A stretch of DNA of 56,244 nt, filler included, from Sluysia triapertura (GCA_046118255.1; 4 parts of 4 records of this genome joined end to end with filler, not necessarily neighbours in it), one strand, 5' to 3'; counted from the first letter of the whole stretch, positions 38,208 through 50,999 are shown. Notes: generated from the letters alone by a model not told the origin. Made by a program: numbers and translations.

Positions 38208-38540
38208 CATGGTGTCCCAAAAGTAACCGAACCGCAAACGTAAATAAAAATAGGATATCAGAAATAACAAATTTAATAGGTATATTTAGTATTTAACTTC
38301 GATACAAGCACAACACTGTGACATACTTTCTGGCAAGTTTCCTCTGAAATTTGGGTTCATTTTTGCTGAATACCTTGTTCTTTAGAATTCCCCGCAGAAA
38401 AAAGTCAGATCAGTTTAAATCTAAAGTCCTTCGCTGAATTTTTAAGAATGAGGGTCCAGAAGCGCACGATGAACAAAATCAATAAGATCACGCAACAAAA
38501 GCCAATCAAAAAAGGAAATAAATAGTACGAAGATACGATC
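38208..38540 (-). mobile_element. Deleted copy of the mariner-like element at 291-965
   Basis: TA|CATGGTGTCCCAAAAGTAACCGAA... and shared GAATTTTTAAGAATGAGGGTCCAGAAG. Confidence 0.8.
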
Positions 38541-38870
38541 AGTCAAAATTAAATGTATAGAAATTCGCTTACGAAGTTATCTTTTAATACGTTGATGATT
38601 ATGACATGCACATCCGACTTTAATGTGACAGCTTAGCTGCCTCATCCACCAATGTTTTAACTCTACTGTTTTTCTTAGTGTCTTAATGGGTGTTGCATAA
38701 GTGCGTGCGGTTTTTACAATTATGAAAAATGCATACAGATCAAGAATAAAAACCATGCAAAAATTCCAGATAACAAAATGAATTAATTAAATCATTAGAA
38801 AAAAAACAAATTTCTCCATAAACGTAACAAATCATTCTGGTGCCTTCTGCAGCGTTTAAATGTTTATTAA

Positions 38871-39107
38871 CCCTTTCAACCCCGGGACCACCATATGGCG
38901 TCAATGGCGATTTTTTCTCTTACACAACTGCTATGCAAGATTCTACTAAAGTAATACGAAGAGCATAATTTTATGTTTGAACTTTGACCTATATATTTTT
39001 ACTCCACGTCAATATTTACAATTTTCATACATTTTTCCTAAATCATCATCTATAAAGACAATAAATTACCTTATATCTTAAGGAAAAAAAATTCGGGGCT
39101 GAAAGGT
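38871..39107. mobile_element. piggyBac-type MITE
   Basis: TTAA|CCCTTTCAACCCC ... GGGGCTGAAAGGT|TTAA. Confidence 0.75.
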
Positions 39108-40021
39108 TTAATAGAGATTCTGCATTTTTCTTTTCTAATAGACAAGTTTTGTTTAACTCTAGCTTTGTTTTACAAGATTTTAATTCATTTTCTTTCGATA
39201 AAACTCTTGAATACAATTTGTACATGTTATAGTAAAAACCGACAATATTATTAAATTTTTTTAGAACTTTCTTTGGTTACAATTATACTAGAATATGTTC
39301 TCAAGATAAAATCACTTTGAATTCGATTAATAATGAATCCGTTGGCAGTCGAAATTTGAAATTTCGTTACGATGATATTGTGTTGTTGCAACTGCTTGAA
39401 TTTGACAATATAACTAACTAAGTGATCTTGAAAAATATTAGGAAATTGATATGATTATGGAAAGTTATGCATTGGATGTTACATAGGTGCAATTGAGCCT
39501 GCATGGACTATGGCTGTATAATACCAAAAAAGAAAAGCGTCGCTAGTAAGAAGACAAAAAGAGACAAGAATAAAAAATAAAATAAAACAATGTTATTATG
39601 TTCTAATACCTAGGTTACTAACTATTATTATTTAATAAATGTTTAGAATTAAAAAAATTTAATGTGTATGTGAAGAAAAGTTGCAGAAGTAAGAGTGAGA
39701 GGTGTTATTGTTTATAGGAAATGTGAAATTTAAGAATTTATGTTATAAAAAGAATGGCTAAGCATATCTAGAATAAAAGTAATTAATATTTAGAGGAAAT
39801 TGGCTATATAATAAAATAAACTATAGAGAGAAATTAATTATAGAATAATATTGGTCATAGTATAATATTAGTGGAAAATACTATATGAGCAGTTTTTCGA
39901 CATATCAACTAGAATAAATAAAAATGAAACAATTTCAAGCCAATCATCATCATCATCATCATATTTGGTAACTTACTGTCCACTTGAATTTGGTTAAACT
40001 GAATAATGCTAAACTGAATAC

Positions 40022-40180
40022 TGTTGGGATGAAAAAAGGCCTAAGGTGCCATTTGGTAAAATTGACTATAATAATCTAAAATTGTTAGACGGGGCTGATA
40101 GCTCAGTGGTAGAGCAATCGAACTGCGCAGCGATGGTCCCGGGTTCGATCCCCGGTCAGTCCATTTTACGAGGTCTAACA
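40022..40180 (+). mobile_element. tRNA(Ala-like)-containing short repeat bounded by TGTTGG...CTAACA (solo-LTR/TRIM-like), copy 1
   Basis: tRNA-like part 40091-40163 has A box TAGCTCAGTGG and B box GGTTCGATCC but a disrupted anticodon arm. The 69 bp upstream is partly shared with the copies at 48161 and 50669. Confidence 0.75.
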
Positions 40181-40680
40181 AATATATATAACAAATATAA
40201 ATAGATTCTTTGCAAATCTAAATCATGACCAAATTTGTTTTAACATTTCCTAAATGTTGAAAATTGTGAAAAAGCAATATTTTTAAAAAAGCATTCTATT
40301 AATCGAGGAAACATTTATTTTAGTCTTATTAATAATAAGTTGTAATTGAAAATGTGTCTTTTGTATTGTAACAAATGTATTTAATAGGACATAACTTTGG
40401 AAACGATTAATTTTAAAACTTTAAGACTTAATATTAGACTTCATTAAATTTTACTGTTTTCGTCTAGTTATTTTTAACATATTTAAATGGATACTTTAGT
40501 AATATATTCAGCAACAATTATTCTATTTTATTCTATGTAAAATGCTCTAAAATGACTTAAGTATTTTAAAACCTTTAAAATCACTTAAAAACATTTATTT
40601 TCGAAAATAAATTATTTTTCAAAAAAAGAAAATAAAATTTATAAAAAAATTAGCTTCTAAAAAAAGAATATAAGCTTCTA

Positions 40681-40758
40681 AAATATTCTGGAACATTCCA
40701 TCGATTCCCATTGGCTTTTGTTTAGTATATAAACTAGTTTAATGAGAATCGCCATTTT
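40681..40758 (+). promoter_or_regulatory. HSE + CCAAT + TATA + YY1-like module (copy 2)
   Basis: TTCtgGAAcaTTCCATCGATT...ATTGG...TAGTATATAAACTAG...TTTAATGAGAATCGCCATTTT, homologous to 1910-1993. Confidence 0.6.
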
Positions 40759-41364
40759 TAAAATTACTAGTAAAATATTAGTAACATAAAATCCACTTAA
40801 ATATTTCTATTTTAAGTAAATATTTAGTAGATTTGACTGAATTAATTATATTATTTTGTGTCATTTATTTCAATTTTAATAACATTTAAACTGCTTTTTT
40901 AATTCTTCAAAAATCAATGTTGATGTTAAAAATGTTGAATTGTAAAAATCATCATTTAATGTCCCTTTAGATGGATTTAATTCTATACATTTGATTTCTA
41001 AATCATAATTTTGCAGATAAACTGTATCTATAACCAAAATAACTTATTGGGATTTTACTTTAAAATATTTAGTAAAGTCAATTTTATTAAAGTTTTGGTC
41101 TAATACTCGTTTTTGAAGTATGGGTATTTTGGTAACAGAACTATTAAATTTGATTGGGATAATTTATTTTCTGAATTTTTATCATATGTAATTTATCATA
41201 TTTTTATCGTATATCGTATTGTTAAAATTATTAGTAACAATATATCGATATCAGTTTAAGTAGAATCACAATAATTTCAATATTCACTAGATCAAGTATA
41301 AAATATCACACATTTTCTTATTTTAATAATTATATTTATTCAACCTCAAAATTACTTTATTCAA

Positions 41365-41920
41365 TTAAATCGCCGGCGTTTCATAATGAAATGTTGCGCG
41401 ACTATCACTAAACCGCCGGGGTTGCATTAATGCAATCTGTAACATGTTTGTTAACAACGCATCTTTATTGATGGTCTTACGTGTTTTATCTTATCAATTG
41501 AAATGATACTGATTTAACCATTTTCTTATGCACACTTAGTTTCTTTGTGTACATTTATGTATGAGTTTCATACGCGATATATTTTTCCGTTAAATGAATT
41601 TTTCCTCAATATTTTAAAAAATAGTTATAAAATATTTAAAAAGAATGTCGATGTGTCACGATGAAAAAATCTAGGCAGATGAAGAACAATTTAGAAGAGT
41701 AATTTAGAAAATTCTGAAGACGAAGATTTTATTGACATTTCCGAAGATAGTGATGATTCTGAAATTATACGCGTCACAGAAAAATGTAAAACTAATTAAC
41801 CTATCGATACACCTACTGACTCAGAATCCGACATAAATGATGTTGAAAATGATTAGTCTCAAAGTGATAATGAACCATGTCTTGAACAATGTTTGGGAAA
41901 TACTGGAGTTACTTCAAATT
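41365..41920 (+). mobile_element. piggyBac left end with decayed acidic transposase N-terminus, interrupting another repeat
   Basis: TTAA-flanked GC-rich end, then LENSEDEDFIDISEDSDDSE...DNEPCLEQCLGNTGV remnant. The flanks (41270-41365, 42000-42105) occur almost contiguously at 51000-51200. Confidence 0.55.
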
Positions 41921-43245
41921 TCGAATTAAAAGATGCGAATAAGTATATCTGCGATTAAAATAATTGGCTGTCAAAGTGTTAGTAACAATAATTTAATAAT
42001 ATAATAATTACAAAATCAAAGTTGCTATTATACGTCTCCGCTTTAACAATAATATGAGTGCATTAACTAAACATGATTAAATCTCAAAATTAAAAATAAT
42101 TTTTATAATGTTAGTATGTAAATATGTTTAATTCAATTATTCAATACTTTATATAAATCGAGTTTGAAAATATACATTATAGCAAAGAATATGAAATTGT
42201 TATTTTATTGTTTTTTGAGGATTATTATTATTATATTACCTATTATTTATTAAAATTATATTATTATTAAATTTATATTATTTAATGTTATTAAAAAAGC
42301 ACTATAGTCATGTCTAGAGTAAACCATTAAATATTAGTGCAAAAGTATGTTTATGCGTAGTATTAAAGAGGTCACGACATTAAAAATAATATAAATAATA
42401 GATTGAAAATTCAGTTAACACGCAGTATTTTCATAATTCTAAAGCTCTCTGTAATATTGAACAAGACAAGTGTGAATAAGAATATTGTAATTAAAGCTGG
42501 GGGAATCGATCTATGTAAATTGAATTTAATTAAACGATTTCAAGAATATTAACTCTACAATAATACTTTACAGCCGATGGACATACTAAAACAAATTCTA
42601 AAATATTCGTTACTTTATACTATGTAGACTACTCAATCTTAATAAGGAAATTAAAATTTACGTAAACTTTTAATTTTTTAAAGGATAATTGAAAATTTAC
42701 TTATTTACGTAAAATATTTATTAAAATACTATTATTACGACTTATTATCAACAAGACAATAATAATAAAATTTCTTTTACCAGTTATTTTAACATTATCA
42801 ATGATTCTGATAAATATATAACGCATTACTTTGATGAAAAAATATATTATGAATTATACTACCAATTATAATCCCTTTTAATCACTTTTGTTGAGTTATT
42901 TTTATTATAATTTGTCTTATCTGATAATTTTGTTCTATTATCTTTTATTTGATTGTAAATTTTATTAAAATCATTATTAATATAAAATAATCGATACTTT
43001 AAATAAATCTTAAAAAATAAATACAGTAAATTTAAAATTTAAAAGTAATTAATTAAAAAATTACAATTATTCTAAAGAAAGGAAAGTTTATGTTGTTTAA
43101 ACAAATCAGTTTGAAAAATAAACAAGATCGCTACTCAAATTTATGTATAAAATATAGAAAACTTTTAAAATTACGTAATTTTAAGTTATTCAAGTTTCAA
43201 TTCTCAGTTTTCGAGAGCAATTTTCAAATTCTTTAATTTTTGGAT

Positions 43246-43820
43246 TCCATGCACGAGTAATTTTTTTGTGTAGGTTTATAAATCTCACTGTAAGCAAGGT
43301 GATATGAAATACTACTTAATTTCATTAACTTTGTTCTAGACCGTTAAAGGCTAGTTTAACTTTGACTTAAAATCACAAAAAATACTAACGAATTTACTAT
43401 CCAATAAGTATTGTTTAAAATAATTATAATTATATATTTTGTATTGAGCCTCATTTATACATTAGGTGTATAAGTTACTTAATAAACTTTACTAGTTCTT
43501 TATTGTTTTTATAATTATTAAAATAGTTAGAAAAAATATCACCAGTTGTTTAGACTAGACTTAATAAAACTTATTCAAAAGTTACTAGACCGTAAAAGGC
43601 TAGTTTAACTAAACTTCATACTAGACCATACTAGACTAGTTTAATCGTCATTCAAAATATTTTGTGATTAGTAAGATAAGTGAGATACATAAGACGATTA
43701 AGTTAGCCTGTACTAAAATAATTTTTCTTGTTTTTGAAACTTGCTTTAAACCCTATTAAAACATTTTCCACGTTGATATAAACCGTGTGTGTTAGGTGGA
43801 CTTTAAGTTTATTTTGTAAG
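43246..43820 (-). promoter_or_regulatory. Structured leader with three bulged hairpins upstream of an ATG, copy 2
   Basis: Minus-strand TTAAAC-TAG-YC-N-GG-T-CTAG units at about 43620-43644, 43584-43608 and 43336-43359, then AAAAATTACTCGTGC-ATGGA (ATG 43250). Confidence 0.5.
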
Positions 43821-43972
43821 TATAAGATTTAAATTTCTAATATAACACTTGTAGTTTGATAAAAAGATATGTTACGAATTATTATCATTTTGTTAATTAT
43901 ATTTATGAATTGTAAATTAAGTATACTTTTTCGAATTGTAAACTTAAGTTAAATCTCACTATTTTGTTATTT

Positions 43973-44063
43973 TGTTAGACTTCGTAAAATGGACTGGCCG
44001 GGGATCGAACCCGGGACCATCGTCTGCGCAGTCCGACTGCTCTACCACTGAGCTATCAGCCCC
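43973..44063 (-). mobile_element. tRNA-containing repeat, copy 2 (cut by the contig end)
   Basis: GGGGCTGATAGCTCAGTGGTAGAGCAGTCGG...GGTTCGATCCCGGCCAGTCCATTTTACGAAGTCTAACA on the minus strand. Confidence 0.8.
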
Positions 44064-44163
44064 NNNNNNNNNNNNNNNNNNNNNNNNNNNNNNNNNNNNN
44101 NNNNNNNTTAATTAATTAANNNNNNNNNNNNNNNNNNNNNNNNNNNNNNNNNNNNNNNNNNNN
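44064..44163. other. Artificial contig linker
   Basis: N44-TTAATTAATTAA-N44. Confidence 0.98.
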
Positions 44164-44522
44164 ATAAACAAATATATTTTATTAATGACAAATTAATATC
44201 TAAATTCATCTCACAATTATAAGCAGTGCACTGTCTATTATAAGAGCTATTAAAAATAATTATTTAACTTAAACTAGCTACTTATAAATTATATTAGTCA
44301 TAATTTACACAAAAAACTGCAAATTTATAAAGCAATTATTATTTAATAATTATTTAAAAATATAATATATATATATTTGTTTAAATTCAGTACGAATTTT
44401 ACACGGTATTAGATAATGTAAGTTAAATTTAAATATCACTTATATCTGCTTGGCAACAGTCGTAGTAGTTATCATATTGGAAATAAAGTTTGAATTATGA
44501 AATAACAAATTTTTATTAATAG

Positions 44523-44676
44523 ATATGGTCAATGGAAGTTAAAGAACAAAGTATTCGAAGTTTGTGGGCTTTAGCCGGAGTACATGTAACTGGACAAAGA
44601 TTTATAGCCGAAAGGATTGGTGCTTCATTACTTATTGAATTAATAATGTCAAAATCAGAAACTTTACAAACTATAG
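44523..44676 (+). CDS. ANKAR: ANKAR (ankyrin and armadillo repeat-containing) ARM-region exon 1 of 4 visible
   Basis: aatag|...G|gttaat; IWSMEVKEQSIRSLWALAGVHVTGQRFIAERIGASLLIELIMSKSETLQTI (cf. VKEQGAVALWALAG...QKYMAEQIG). Confidence 0.88.
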
Positions 44677-44764
44677 GTTAATTTTTATATTAATATGTAC
44701 TATTGATGTTTATAAGTAAGTAATTGTAGAAAAATTGAGTTTTCATTTTTTTGTACTTTTCAAG

Positions 44765-44923
44765 GATGCTATGCAATGTCAGCTTTGTGTAATGAATCGA
44801 AGATAAAACAAGAATTGATTCTTAAAGAAGGTGGTATTCAACCGTTGGTCAGATTAATTCGTTTATCATTGTGCAATAGTGTATTATTAACTGCTATAAA
44901 ATTGATTGGTATTATGTGTGTAG
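44765..44923 (+). CDS. ANKAR: ANKAR exon 2 of 4 visible
   Basis: ttcaag|...G|gtaaac, phase 1-1; CYAMSALCNESKIKQELILKEGGIQPLVRLIRL...IGIMCV. Confidence 0.88.
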
Positions 44924-45137
44924 GTAAACATTTTTATTAATTGTTGAATTTGATCTATTCAAGTTTTAAATCTTTATAGAAATTTTCCGTAAAGAATTTT
45001 GTCCTGAATTTTCTAGTAGTGAATTTAACCCAATAATTAATTTCAATTTTTGAAAGCATTGTTTAATAATTCTTAGTCTAAATAATGATTTTATTGATTT
45101 AATATTTTTGTTAATTATGTTCTTATCATGTATCCAG

Positions 45138-45379
45138 GTATAGCACATTGTAGTACAACCAATGTTCAAAGTGCTATTGCATCAGAAAATGCTATCGAAA
45201 TTTTAGTCGACTTATGGAATCGTTATATAGATGATTCTAAAGAAAAGTATGAAATATTAGTCGAAATTGGATACACATTAGCAGCCATTACACTTAATCA
45301 TCGAATGAATGAAGAAAAAATGAAACGTATATTTAATTTTTGTGATTTATTGAAATTATTGACATTAATTGAAGATCGT
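45138..45379 (+). CDS. ANKAR: ANKAR exon 3 of 4 visible
   Basis: tccag|...|gttagt, phase 1-0; GIAHCSTTNVQSAIASENA...VEIGYTLAAITLNH (cf. GVAHTSNPVSQ...ENA...VEVAFSLACIVLGN). Confidence 0.88.
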
Positions 45380-45468
45380 GTTAGTTTAGTTTTAAATTTT
45401 AGTTTATTTCAGTTTACTTATATTAATAAGTAAATAAAAAGTTGTTATTATTTAATTTTTTTCTGTAG

Positions 45469-45627
45469 AATCTATTATTACGTTGTTTAACTACAGTGGC
45501 TGTGTTTTGTTTTAATAATACCAACAATCAATTTATTATTAAAGAATATGGCGGAATAAAGTATGGATATTTTCAAAAGTTTTTAAAATCGGAAAATTTT
45601 GTCGAAAATATTCAAAGTGCTTATAAT
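45469..45627 (+). CDS. ANKAR: ANKAR exon 4 of 4 visible
   Basis: tgtag|...|gtatgt, phase 0-0; NLLLRCLTTVAVFCFNNTNNQFIIKEYGGIKYGYFQKFLKSE (cf. LFAFNNRFQQYLI...FERFLES). Confidence 0.88.
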
Positions 45628-45690
45628 GTATGTATAATAATTATATAAATATTTATTTTTACCTTATTTCGAATTATTTACTAATATGTA

Positions 45691-46406
45691 CAGTAAACTC
45701 CTAACATCTTTTTATTTTAAGAAGTACAATTTTATTTTTATTGATTTTAAAATTTGTACTACCTAAGTAACATATTTAATTCAACCTATGGATCAAGGGG
45801 TTATCTCCTTAATGAAACGCCATTATCACAATGATCTTCTTGGAGGCTTTTGCAGTGAGAATGACGATTTAAAAAATGACAATGTTGGATGCAATATATG
45901 GAGCTGTTAAATCTTGGAACAAAATTAAGCCGAAAACACTAATTCGATCGTTGTTGAAAATTGTGTCAAATGTAGAAAGTAATATTTCGGACTCTATCGA
46001 ACCTGAAATATGTAACATTTCAGAATTATGTGAACTAATGAAAAAGTTAAATGGCTTTTAAAATTTTGATAACCAAAATATTAAGAAATGGATGGAATTT
46101 GATTCATCTGATGCAGAGTGACACGGATATTATTTCAAACCCAAATGAAAATGAAAGTGAAACAGAAAGTGAAGTAGAAGATATTACCAATCGTATTAGC
46201 CACGACGCGGCACTGACTTCTGTCGATACTTTATTAGAATACGTCGATCAGATGATATTAAAAAGTCATTAAGAAATTACCAAACCAAAATTGAATCATT
46301 GAATGTATTTTCATTGTTTTTGTATTATACTAGTATTGTTTATTATTATTTTGTGGATTATCCGTGCAACCCTCCCCATCAATAGTCCGAATAATCGAGT
46401 TTACTG
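45691..46406 (+). mobile_element. Internally deleted pogo/Tigger (Jerky/TIGD-like) element
   Basis: TIRs CAGTAAACTC / GAGTTTACTG; remnants IQPMDQGVISLMKRHY and LDAIYGAVKSWNKIKPKTL. Confidence 0.85.
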
Positions 46407-47223
46407 CATATATTATTAGATAAAATGTATCTGAAATAGAAAGAAATTTGCCTTTTTCTTAAATATTTCATAATCTTCCAATAATTTGACATTCTCTGAT
46501 AGCCGGTTATGTATTTTTGAGTCAAACTATATCAAACTATTTCGGTTTCCCAATTTTTTATTATTTCTAAAAGATATTCATGACTTCTATAAAGTATTGT
46601 CATGATCAATATTTCAAAAAAATGAAATATTTTTTTAGATTTTATAAATTAAAATCGATCATTTTTCATGAGACATCAATTTTTTTAGCAAGCAATAAAT
46701 GTTTTTCTGTAATAATACCAAATAAAGGACACAACGCTAATTATTTTAATATTGTAAACTGATTTTACAAACTGATTTTCAAAAAAATTAATTTAATTAA
46801 CTATGTTATTGAATTTTTGACAAATAGCATTAAGAATAGCATAACATACTTTCAAAGTTCTCACTCAAACTTCAAATGTGCTCGTTATGTTATTCCATAT
46901 GTTGTATCGCTTTTAAGTAAATAATTATTGTATTATTTTTTAAATAAATAAATTTTTTACACAGTTCTTTATTGTGTAATTTTGATTTTGTTTGCCTTTT
47001 TTTACTATATTTTTAATTCACAATAAATTTGTATATTCTTGTATGAAATGGCGCCAAATTTTGTTTTGCTCAAAACCCTAGATCTGTCCCGGATCTTGAA
47101 TTTATATTATATGTAAATTATTCGTATTTGTTTTGTTTTATTTTAAAAGGGATGATGATTTCGCTGTACAATCCGCATTAATGTATTAAGAAGAAATGAA
47201 ATAAAATATTATAATTATTATAG

Positions 47224-48100
47224 TTGTTAAATGATCAAGTAAAAAATGTAAACGATAAATTACTAAATTTTGAAGTTTGTTTTCCTAATGTATCACATGT
47301 CGAACTTCCTAGTTTCTATTCGCAAAGACTTCCTTGATCATTTGATAAAGTAATTCTGAAACAGTTTAGTAAATGTGTAACGCCAATAGCAACGTCTGAC
47401 ATTAAAGTAATTAACAATATCAAGTTTCCCAGGTTATAAGAATTGAAATAAATTCTTATCCATGTGCATTTTACCGTATTGAGATTGAAATAAAACTAGG
47501 CCATTTAACTCTAATATTTAAATATAAAATATATTCGAATAGAAATTATGTTTATGTAAATATGAACAAAACAAACAAATGCAAACTCAAACTATAGTTT
47601 TATAATAATAATAATCAAGAAAATTATAGATTATAATCAAGATTACAAAGAACCTTCTGAATTTAAATTCCATTGCATTTTTCAATCGATTTGCATTAAT
47701 GAATGTAATTATATTGTGTCCAATGTCGTAAAAGTAAATCAAAACTTAATCAATGATCCTTTTTTAAGCATAACAATACTTGAATCTATGAAAAAATCAT
47801 ATTTTGAATATAATTCACTTGAAAAAATCTTCTGATCGTTCAGTGTCGCTCATATTTTGTGTCTCTAAAGTGGAATTACTAGGATTATTTTCCTTTCTCG
47901 ATGAGCATGCATATTCAGAAGACGATCTAATAGTATAATCAGATGATACACTGTGAGCTTTTAAATTCTGCGGTTAATAATGATGCATCAGAAGTTTCAT
48001 TTAACAACTTTCATTTATCAGAAGTACCAAAATTTGAGAATATATTTAGAGAAGTTAAATTTATGTATTTATTGATGGATGATGTGATTAAGTTTCAAAG
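47224..48100 (+). pseudogene. Coding-like but stop-interrupted segments of unknown identity
   Basis: LLNDQVKNVNDKLLNFEVCFPNVSHVELPSFYSQRLP*SFDK... and DYKEPSEFKFHCIFQSIC...EKIF*; no family recognised. Confidence 0.2.
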
Positions 48101-48160
48101 TAAAGTATAGTTTAGCCGAGTGATAATTATCGAATTATTGTGAAAATGAGCTCTACCTAT

Positions 48161-48288
48161 TGTTGGGATAGAAGCCTAAAGTGCTAGATGGTCAGATAGC
48201 TAGACGGTCAGAACATCGAACTGCACAGTTGTGAAGGTAGAAAGTTCTGAGTTCGATTCCCGGCCAATCCATTTATTGAAGTCTAACA
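48161..48288 (+). mobile_element. tRNA-containing repeat, copy 3 (diverged, internally deleted)
   Basis: TGTTGGGATAGAAGCCTAAAGTGC...GATAGCT...GTTCGATTCCCGGCCAATCCATTTATTGAAGTCTAACA; flanks CTAT / GTAT. Confidence 0.7.
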
Positions 48289-50668
48289 GTATATTGCATA
48301 ATGAGCTTGAATGTATCTTTAATGAAATCAACTTTAAATCATTTATTTTTATGTCAGAAATAACTTGAAATAGAAATATTAAAATAGTGGTAAAGTTTTA
48401 AAATGATAATAATAATGAAATATAATATAATAGTAATAGTAATAAATTTAATAAAAGGCTTTATATTCTTGTCTAAGTTGACATCCTAAGTAGCTGCAGT
48501 TTTTCAAATTTTATTGGAGTCATCAAGATATTTAATCAATTAACCGATTGCATTTTAGATATATTTAGAATCAGATTAAGAATCAGATATTAAGAATCAG
48601 ATTGATTGTAATTATAAGATAAATTTTTAAACATAAGATTAGCTTAGGATTTGCTTAGATACAGAAGCGCCCTCTTTCCGACATAAGACATTTTTCTGTA
48701 ACCAGACCTTTTTCATTTTTATTTTGTTGTATGTTAAATTCTAAGAAAAACCACAGCACATTCGTTAATTTATGATACAGTATAATTGGAACAATTTATT
48801 ACTTTTTTGATAATTTATTTAATTACACAATGTTTTTATTGTTTTGAGTTTTATTAAGTCTAACATTTAGAAAACATTCTGAATCGAAATTTTAAATTTA
48901 ATTCAATAGTTGCAGCAACACATTCCCGGCCAGTCGAATAGTTAAATTAAACAGCGCCATATTTTTAATAAAAATATGTTCAATTTCTAAAACATCGTTA
49001 TAGTGTATGAACAAAAACAAATGCGAAATCAAAATATCTTATAATTGATATATTTCATTAATAATAATAATAATATAATTAAGTTTCAATTATAAATAAA
49101 TTTCTGTAACTTTAAAATCCATCAAATAAATTTGCTTGAAAAAATACAATTATAAATCCTTCTATAAATCCGTGTCTTCAATTTTTCTCAATTTTGCTGC
49201 TCATTTATTAGCTCCATCTTCTCATTTCCAAAACTTTTTTTTCAATTTTCTAAAAACTATTTCTTTCTCATAAATAAATATATTTTCGGGATTAAATTAA
49301 ATCTTCACAGTTTCACCTGAGCCATCATACATCATCATACTCATACAGGATTATGACCAACTATATCTCCCTTATCCTCTTCAATTTTTATAGTTCATAC
49401 TCGATCAGTTTATTTCTCTATTTATATAACCTCCCTGTCATTTTAAAACTAAGTTATCAATAACACATATATCACAACTTCGAAACATATAAAATCTACA
49501 GTAAAATGCAAACATAACGTATAAATAATTATACAAATTTTAATACTGACAAATAATTGGATACTGATTAGTATTTGTGTGTATATAAAATAAACATCAT
49601 TACTAAATCTGAAATAAATAAATGTATTATACTTACTACAATGGAAAGTATATAATTAATAAAATTATATTTGTCTTCTGATAAATTTAAATTAATTAAT
49701 ACAATTCGATGTGTGTTCGATTTATCAGTGAAACATTCTAATTAAAACCCACAATAAGTAAAGTTAATTAAAAAATTGGCTCTCTTTTCACATTTTGATT
49801 TTTGCGTTATTTTCAATTTCAATTTTTTTTCCTTTATTTATTTACGATCCACTTAGTTTTATCAAATTATAAACTATAATGATTTTTTGTTGTTGGGTAT
49901 TATTGCTAGAGAAAAAACAGTTTTACAGATTAAGAAATTTGATAGGAAAAAATTTTTTAGAAAAAAATGAAAATAGTTTTTTTTTGGCTCTTATTAATTT
50001 TCAATTTATTAATGCTACTGCTGCTTTGTGTAATTAGTTATGGTTTATTGATTTTCAATTGAGAAATGTTAATTTTTGGATATCTTTTATAATGCTGATA
50101 TACAGATTTAAAATGTCAAGTAATAAAAAAGTTGATAACGACTAAGTGAAATAGAAAATAAATGAAAGAAAATGCTCATTTGAGGTTAATTATTATTAAA
50201 TTTGTTTTACTTATTTTAATAAGTAAAATGAAATGGGAAAAAATTATATTATTATTTTTTATAGTTTAAAATTATATATGATGTCTTAATATGAAAGAAC
50301 CTCAAAAACTAAAGATTATAATATTTATATAATATATTAACAGACTTACAATTGAGAATAATTATTAGTTATTAAAATACAATTTAAAATATATATGTGC
50401 ATATTGTAATACATTGGTTTTTGTATGAAATAGGAATGAAATATGTATATACTTTTAGACATAATTCGAAAATTATAAATAAATTAAAATATTAAACATA
50501 CAGAATAAGAACAGTTCATAAGAACAAAACGGTGAAACACAAACACTTTATTTTAACAATAAATAAATAAACTTTTAAAAGAACAGTGATTTTACCTTCT
50601 GCTTCGATACAAGCCGAAGCATCATGTTTAGAAATATGTAGAATTCGTACTTACTGATGTCTTCAATT

Positions 50669-50815
50669 TGTTACATTTCATAAAATGGACTGAACGGGAA
50701 TCGAACCCGGCATCTCTCGCTTCACAGCTTTGCAGTTCGATACTCTGACCACTGAGCTATCAGCCTCGTCGAACAATTTTGTTCTATTATACTATCACTA
50801 TTCTATGGCACCTTA
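50669..50815 (-). mobile_element. tRNA-containing repeat, copy 4
   Basis: Minus strand: TAAGGTGCCAT...AAAATTGTTCGAC-GAGGCTGATAGCTCAGTGGT...GGTTCGATTCCCGTTCAGTCCATTTTATGAAATGTAACA. Confidence 0.75.
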
Positions 50816-50999
50816 ATTATGCAAATAATAATTAAAGTTATTTGAATTCATAAAAAAGAAATTTTAAATCAGTCAGTTCACTTGTGATCCTAATCTTACG
50901 CAATTAAGGGCTTGTTTACAGGATTTAGTAAAACGAGAGTAATGTGAAAAAAGCCCTTTTTTATGCCTAATAAAAAAATTAATTTTCTTAAATAGAATC

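Noticed and set aside
40091-40163. Functional tRNA-Ala gene (also 43990-44063)
   Set aside because: The anticodon arm does not fold to a 5-bp stem with a 7-nt loop, varies in length among copies, and is embedded in a dispersed repeat.
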